A stretch of DNA of 63,016 nucleotides, counting the filler, from Nitrospirota bacterium (GTDB lineage: Bacteria > UBA2233): the NCBI GenBank assembly GCA_011620345.1. It is 9 parts of 9 records of this genome, joined end to end, with 100 filler letters (N's around TTAATTAATTAA, not from the genome) between each part and the next. Parts side by side here need not be neighbours in the genome. Positions count along the whole stretch, not along the records: positions 57,010 to 63,016 come from WOZJ01000017.1; 8 more parts are not named here. The stretch is one strand, 5' to 3'. Position numbers and translations under genes: made by a program. The notes below the pieces were generated by a model. The model ran no database searches. It was not told the origin of the DNA and saw only the letters and a list, made by a program, of their open reading frames with translations. Below are positions 58,769-63,016 of the stretch, in pieces. Position 1 is the first letter of the stretch. Every line of letters begins with the position of its first letter.

Positions 58769-59956
58769 TTATTTCTCCGAGGAAGCCAATACAGGCCTCG
58801 AGGCCGGCAAGATGGGGAAGAAATGGATAGCGGCGAGGTACAGCACGACCTCCATCCCAATCAGCCCGATGACGACGAGGATCTCCAAGAAGGAAGGGAA
58901 GTAACGCCAAGGAACATGCGCATTGTAGGCAAACCAGTACGTGTTGAACCGGTAGAGGGCGCTCGCGGCAATGAACAGTATGGCGGCCACGAACTGCCAA
59001 CCAGCATTGTTGCGACGCTCCTTGTTTGCAACGATCCATATAGGGGCCACGTACAACGCATTTTCTACGACGAAAAGCATTCCGGGCCATCCCTCGAGCG
59101 CTTCAGCCCATAGGCCTCGAAACGTGAGGTCTTCCAAGCGCACAAAAAGGTAGAACAGGGACAACCATGCCGCGATTCCGCTCAAGCGCCCCAACGTCCG
59201 CACCTCAAACGGGGTACCATACAGGCTTGATGTAAGATAGCACTCGATCACCACGGCTCCGTAACCCATAAGGATGGCTGAAATGAGGAAATAAGCGGGG
59301 AATAATATGCTCTGCCAGAGCGGATGCACCTTATGACCCGCGATAATCAACAAAGAACCAAGAGAGCTTTGGTGCATAATGGGCAAAAGCATACCCAGAG
59401 CTAGAACAACGAAAAGCAACCGATAGAGCCAACGCTCCAAGATATTTGGCCTGATGCGGTACCCTAGGATCACCTTCCGCTCCAACATAGCCGGCACGAG
59501 CTCGATCCAAAGGATCAGCGTATACGCCATAATGCAAAGTGCCACCTCGAAAAGCACGGAGTTGAACTGCCAATGGCTTGGCATAAACAAATGGTACACG
59601 TTGCCGTAGCGGCCGAGGTCCAAGATAACGGAAAAACCGGCGAACGAATACCCAAGGGCACCCGTCAAGATGGCGGGACGCATCAGGGAGGAAAACTCTC
59701 GCTTGTCTAAAGCATATACAAGAAGTGCCAACCCAAACCCTCCGCAGCCCAAGCCCGTACCGACGAGAACATCCCAAGTAATCCAAAGCCCCCATGGATG
59801 GCCATCGTTGAGGTTTGTCGAAAACCCAAGGCCAAAGAAAAGCCGCAATAAAATCGCAAGGGCCCCCGTAGAGGCTATGGCCAAGGCCGCAGCAAAAGCC
59901 TTGTTCCAAAGTGGGCCAGGGCTAGGTTCGTAGCTATAAGTCGCGCCTTTTTGCAT
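58769..59956 (-). CDS. hybB: HybB (NrfD-family) membrane subunit
   Basis: TNLNDGHPWGLWI, DLGR, NSVLFEVA.C, MHQSSLG. Confidence 0.9.
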   Translation of the reverse strand: MQKGATYSYEPSPGPLWNKAFAAALAIASTGALAILLRLFFGLGFSTNLNDGHPWGLWITWDVLVGTGLGCGGFGLALLVYALDKREFSSLMRPAILTGALGYSFAGFSVILDLGRYGNVYHLFMPSHWQFNSVLFEVALCIMAYTLILWIELVPAMLERKVILGYRIRPNILERWLYRLLFVVLALGMLLPIMHQSSLGSLLIIAGHKVHPLWQSILFPAYFLISAILMGYGAVVIECYLTSSLYGTPFEVRTLGRLSGIAAWLSLFYLFVRLEDLTFRGLWAEALEGWPGMLFVVENALYVAPIWIVANKERRNNAGWQFVAAILFIAASALYRFNTYWFAYNAHVPWRYFPSFLEILVVIGLIGMEVVLYLAAIHFFPILPASRPVLASSEK

Positions 59957-59958
59957 AG

Positions 59959-60825
59959 TTACTCCTCCTTGCCCTTTTGAAGATTCCTTCGTGCTATAAA
60001 GGCAAACAGCGCGAAAAGAAAGATGGGCATGCCAAACCCTTTGTAGGTGGTATGCATGATCGTCTCGGACAGGGTTGCCGAGGAAACATCTGGAAGGTCG
60101 GGAAGTCCCAGCTTCTCAAAAGGCAGGGCCGACAAAAAGATGACCTGCGTACCCCCGCCTTCCTTCTCGCCGTATACCTTTGGATAGTATGCGCCAGGAG
60201 CCGCTTTGAGTCGTGCGTGGGCCTCTTGAAGGAGTTTTTGCACCCCGCCAAACTGGATCGCCCCGGTTGGACAGGCGCTGCTACAGCCAGGTTTTTCGCC
60301 TTTTGCAAGAAGATGGTCGCAGAGCTGGCATTTGACAATCTTGCCGTAAGCACTCCCCCATTCAAACTTAGGGACGTTGAACGGGCAAGCGACCATGCAG
60401 TAACGGCAGCCGATGCAAGTTCCGGCGTCGTAGTGGACAACCCCCGTTTTCGGCTCTTTCGTTAAAGCCTTTACCGGACAAGCGGAGACGCATGCCGGGT
60501 CAACGCAGTGCATACACGATTGTCGAACAAAGGAATGGCGGCCCCCCTCCTTGTAAAGCGCGATGACGTTGCGCGTGCTTGCGGACAGCCCAAGGGGGGC
60601 ATCCCAAAGGTGGTCCGGGTCGCTGAACTCTGGAGGCATGCCGTTGACCTCTTTGCAAGCGATCACGCAAGCCTGGCAACCTACGCATTTCGTCGCGTCG
60701 TAAAGCAGGCCGAGCGCCCCTGGAGAAAGAGCCTTGTCCTGCCTGGCATTGGCAAAACTCGGTGCCGATAACGCACCCCCTCCGATGGCCAAAGTCTGTA
60801 AAAACCCTCGCCTATTCATCCTCAT
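59959..60825 (-). CDS. hybA: HybA 4Fe-4S subunit
   Basis: NRRGFL Tat motif, four Cys clusters, YGEKEGGGTQ, C-terminal TM. Confidence 0.92.
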   Translation of the reverse strand: MRMNRRGFLQTLAIGGGALSAPSFANARQDKALSPGALGLLYDATKCVGCQACVIACKEVNGMPPEFSDPDHLWDAPLGLSASTRNVIALYKEGGRHSFVRQSCMHCVDPACVSACPVKALTKEPKTGVVHYDAGTCIGCRYCMVACPFNVPKFEWGSAYGKIVKCQLCDHLLAKGEKPGCSSACPTGAIQFGGVQKLLQEAHARLKAAPGAYYPKVYGEKEGGGTQVIFLSALPFEKLGLPDLPDVSSATLSETIMHTTYKGFGMPIFLFALFAFIARRNLQKGKEE

Positions 60826-61972
60826 GCGCACCGCCCCCCTTCGGTTTATCCGCGCCCTCTTTACCATCTGTTGCTTTGAAGAGGCGATTAGTCAGCGCAT
60901 AGCCGGCACCTATCGCCCCGCCAAATGCTACCCCCCCGAGCGCGGCAGTCAAGGGTGTCACCCCTTCGCCCCTCGGTTCAAAGACATGGGGATAGAACGC
61001 AGGAGGGGTAAAGCGTTGGATATCCGCCCTCTGGAACATGGGCTTCTCAAACCCTACGCCCGATTCCGTACACCCAAAGCAAGGATGGCCGATACTAATG
61101 GGGGATGCTTCAACATCGCCAAACTTGACAACCTGGCAGTTGGCGAACGTCTCCGGCCCTTTGCATCCCAGCTTGTACAGGCAAAACCCTTTCCTGTGGC
61201 CATCGTCCCCAAAAGCCTTGGCAAACCTGCCGGCATCAAAGTGTGGCCTGCGCTCGCAGTTCTCGTGAATAAGCCTGCCATAGGCGAATTTTGGCCTATT
61301 GTGCGCGTCAAGCTCCGGCAGCTTCCCAAACGTCGCAAAATAAAGAACGGTCGACAAAAAATTGTAAGGATTGGGCGGACAGCCTGGAATATTCACGACC
61401 GGCCTTCCCTCCAGAATCGAGCCGACACTCTTAGCCCCCGTAGGGTTCGGGCCTGCTGAAGGAATGCCACCCCACGAAGCGCACGAGCCGATGGCGATAA
61501 CGGCCAGCGCCTTGGGGGCAACCTCGTTGAGCAAGTCCACGCCCGCTTGCTCGTTGATGCGAACGTAAACCCCCTTGTCCGCAAGGGGGATAGCCCCCTC
61601 GGCAACCAGCACAAACCGGCCCGCGTCACGGTTGAGCGTCTCTTTCAGCGCGGCCTCGGCCTGAATTCCCGCGCCGGCATTCAGCGTCTCGTGGTACTCG
61701 AGCGAGATGATCTCAAAAATCAGCTTTTCGAGCGTCGGGTGGGTTGATCGAAGGAGCGACTCCGTGCAACCAGTACATCCCTGAAAAGAAAGCCAGACAA
61801 CGGGTAATCTGCCTCCTTGCTCGATGGCACGGGCTATTTTAGGAGCCATCGAAGCGGGCATTCCTAACGCAGCCGCGACACATCCGCAAAACTTGATGAA
61901 CTGACGCCTGGAAAGGTCGGCAAGCGGCTTGCCACTGCCTGAGTTGTAAGAAAATTTTTTCGCTGTAGCCAT
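60812..61972 (-). CDS. hybO: [NiFe] hydrogenase small subunit
   Basis: SRRQFIK Tat motif, CTGCTES, GSCASWGG, PGCPP, HENCERR, CLYKLGCKGP, C-terminal TM. Confidence 0.94.
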   Translation of the reverse strand: MATAKKFSYNSGSGKPLADLSRRQFIKFCGCVAAALGMPASMAPKIARAIEQGGRLPVVWLSFQGCTGCTESLLRSTHPTLEKLIFEIISLEYHETLNAGAGIQAEAALKETLNRDAGRFVLVAEGAIPLADKGVYVRINEQAGVDLLNEVAPKALAVIAIGSCASWGGIPSAGPNPTGAKSVGSILEGRPVVNIPGCPPNPYNFLSTVLYFATFGKLPELDAHNRPKFAYGRLIHENCERRPHFDAGRFAKAFGDDGHRKGFCLYKLGCKGPETFANCQVVKFGDVEASPISIGHPCFGCTESGVGFEKPMFQRADIQRFTPPAFYPHVFEPRGEGVTPLTAALGGVAFGGAIGAGYALTNRLFKATDGKEGADKPKGGGAHEDE

Positions 61973-62092
61973 GCGTGCCCTCCTACGAATGCAAATCAAA
62001 GCGTTTTTCCGCGCCTTCCAAAACGACCGATACGCCGTAGCATTACGGACCGCTGGAACCGAAAGTCGACCACAGGGGACCTTGTCGATTCT

Positions 62093-62563
62093 TCATAGGG
62101 CCTTCATGAGCCACCCCCTAAGAATCCCTACCGCTTTCTCAAGAACCTTTTTCAATCCCAGTCGAACCTCTTCACTCAAGGGGTCTCCAAGCCTAAGGCT
62201 CTTGGGTTGTATCCCCAAAAGAACGGCTTCTTTTGGAACATGCCCCAACAGCTCGAGCAACCCTAAAACCTCTTCAAACCCTGCCTGGTGGGGGGATAGC
62301 TTTGGCCCAACGCCTAAGGGGATGCACATCGGGTCGAACGTACCCACCTCGCCCGGCCTTTCCCCAAAGTCTACGGCATCGAGTATGAGCAGTTTTTCCT
62401 TGTTTTCCAGGTAAGGAAGGAGATATACCCCTTGAGTGCCTCCGTCTATGAACTCAACCTCTTCTTGAGGCCCCACGACTTTCTCGAGTTGCCCTAAGAC
62501 GACAAGGCCTGCTCCGTCATCGCCCAAAAGAGGGTTGCCAAGGCCCAGGACAAGGATACTCAC
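62093..62563 (-). CDS. hybD: Hydrogenase maturation endopeptidase
   Basis: LGLGNPLLGDDGAG, IDGGT, ILDAV, SPHQ, GIQP. Confidence 0.92.
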   Translation of the reverse strand: MSILVLGLGNPLLGDDGAGLVVLGQLEKVVGPQEEVEFIDGGTQGVYLLPYLENKEKLLILDAVDFGERPGEVGTFDPMCIPLGVGPKLSPHQAGFEEVLGLLELLGHVPKEAVLLGIQPKSLRLGDPLSEEVRLGLKKVLEKAVGILRGWLMKAL

Positions 62564-62841
62564 GCCTGTTTGGCCAAATGGAGCCTAATGGGCTTCCAGC
62601 CTGCACACTGCGTTCTTGGATCTCCTTATGCCAAGGTTAACTCGCATGGTATTACTCCTCATCTTGCATAAAACCCATAAAAGGTATCCTACCCGTACAA
62701 AAGTTCGGAGCATACCCCCTAGTCGGGACATGCCTCGCTAAAGAGCTAAAGGGCCCTGATAACATGGCCTCCCTCCCTAGCTTTTTTAGAGGACACCCCA
62801 GATGCCGAGCTTATGATTTTCAAGTTAAAAAGTATTTTAAA

Positions 62842-62870
62842 GATATACACTGAACTCCACTTTTTGTCAA
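62842..62870 (-). promoter_or_regulatory. Putative sigma70 promoter of the hydrogenase operon
   Basis: TTGACA-N17-TATATC. Confidence 0.55.
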
Positions 62871-63016
62871 TGCATAAAATACGTATACCTTTCTCCTTTT
62901 CGCGACCAAGGCGACAACGGTAAGTCTGAATCTAAAGATCCGTGTAAGACTTCATCTGGACCTGTGTTTTACTCATGTTTTTTAGTAATCTACTAATATC
63001 TCGACAATGCAGGAAA

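Noticed and set aside
1-63016. CRISPR arrays, rRNA, integrases, defence systems
   Set aside because: No repeat-spacer periodicity or matching motifs were seen by eye.

Overview
The window is not one continuous locus. It is nine unordered contig pieces of about 6-7.7 kb, sorted by decreasing length and joined by eight artificial 100-bp N spacers containing TTAATTAATTAA, so gene adjacency is only meaningful within a piece. The content is moderately GC-rich bacterial chromosome, probably from a metagenome-assembled genome. The pilG/H/I/D, Hyb hydrogenase and NfnAB layouts suggest a deltaproteobacteria-like organism (inference). Piece 1: a Mo-oxidoreductase, YyaL, bacterioferritin, an acyl-CoA dehydrogenase, two small DMT transporters, DUF4139 and WrbA. 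Piece 2: a BadI-led acyl-CoA catabolic operon. Piece 3: pilMNOPQ-aroC, an RsbR-like STAS protein and YaiI. Piece 4: tpx, moaD, sdhCAB, thiI and iscA. Piece 5: nfnAB-tRNA-Leu-bioB-PP2C-Tat aldo/keto reductase, plus tRNA-Glu and tRNA-Lys. Piece 6: an acyl-CoA ligase, scoAB and a Cys-less thiolase/DUF35 pair. Piece 7: the end of nrdJ, three c-type cytochromes, a TSUP transporter, a sulfite reductase and an M3 peptidase. Piece 8: pilGHID and minor pilins. Piece 9: a Hyb-type [NiFe] hydrogenase operon. The most striking observation is in piece 5. The only canonical start codon of an otherwise intact biotin synthase lies inside an intact tRNA-Leu(UAA) gene on the same strand, 8 nt after a strong Shine-Dalgarno placed just before the tRNA, so the tRNA body would encode the first 27 codons of BioB. 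No CRISPR array, rRNA or intact mobile element was seen. All product calls come from motif recognition by eye; no database searches were run.
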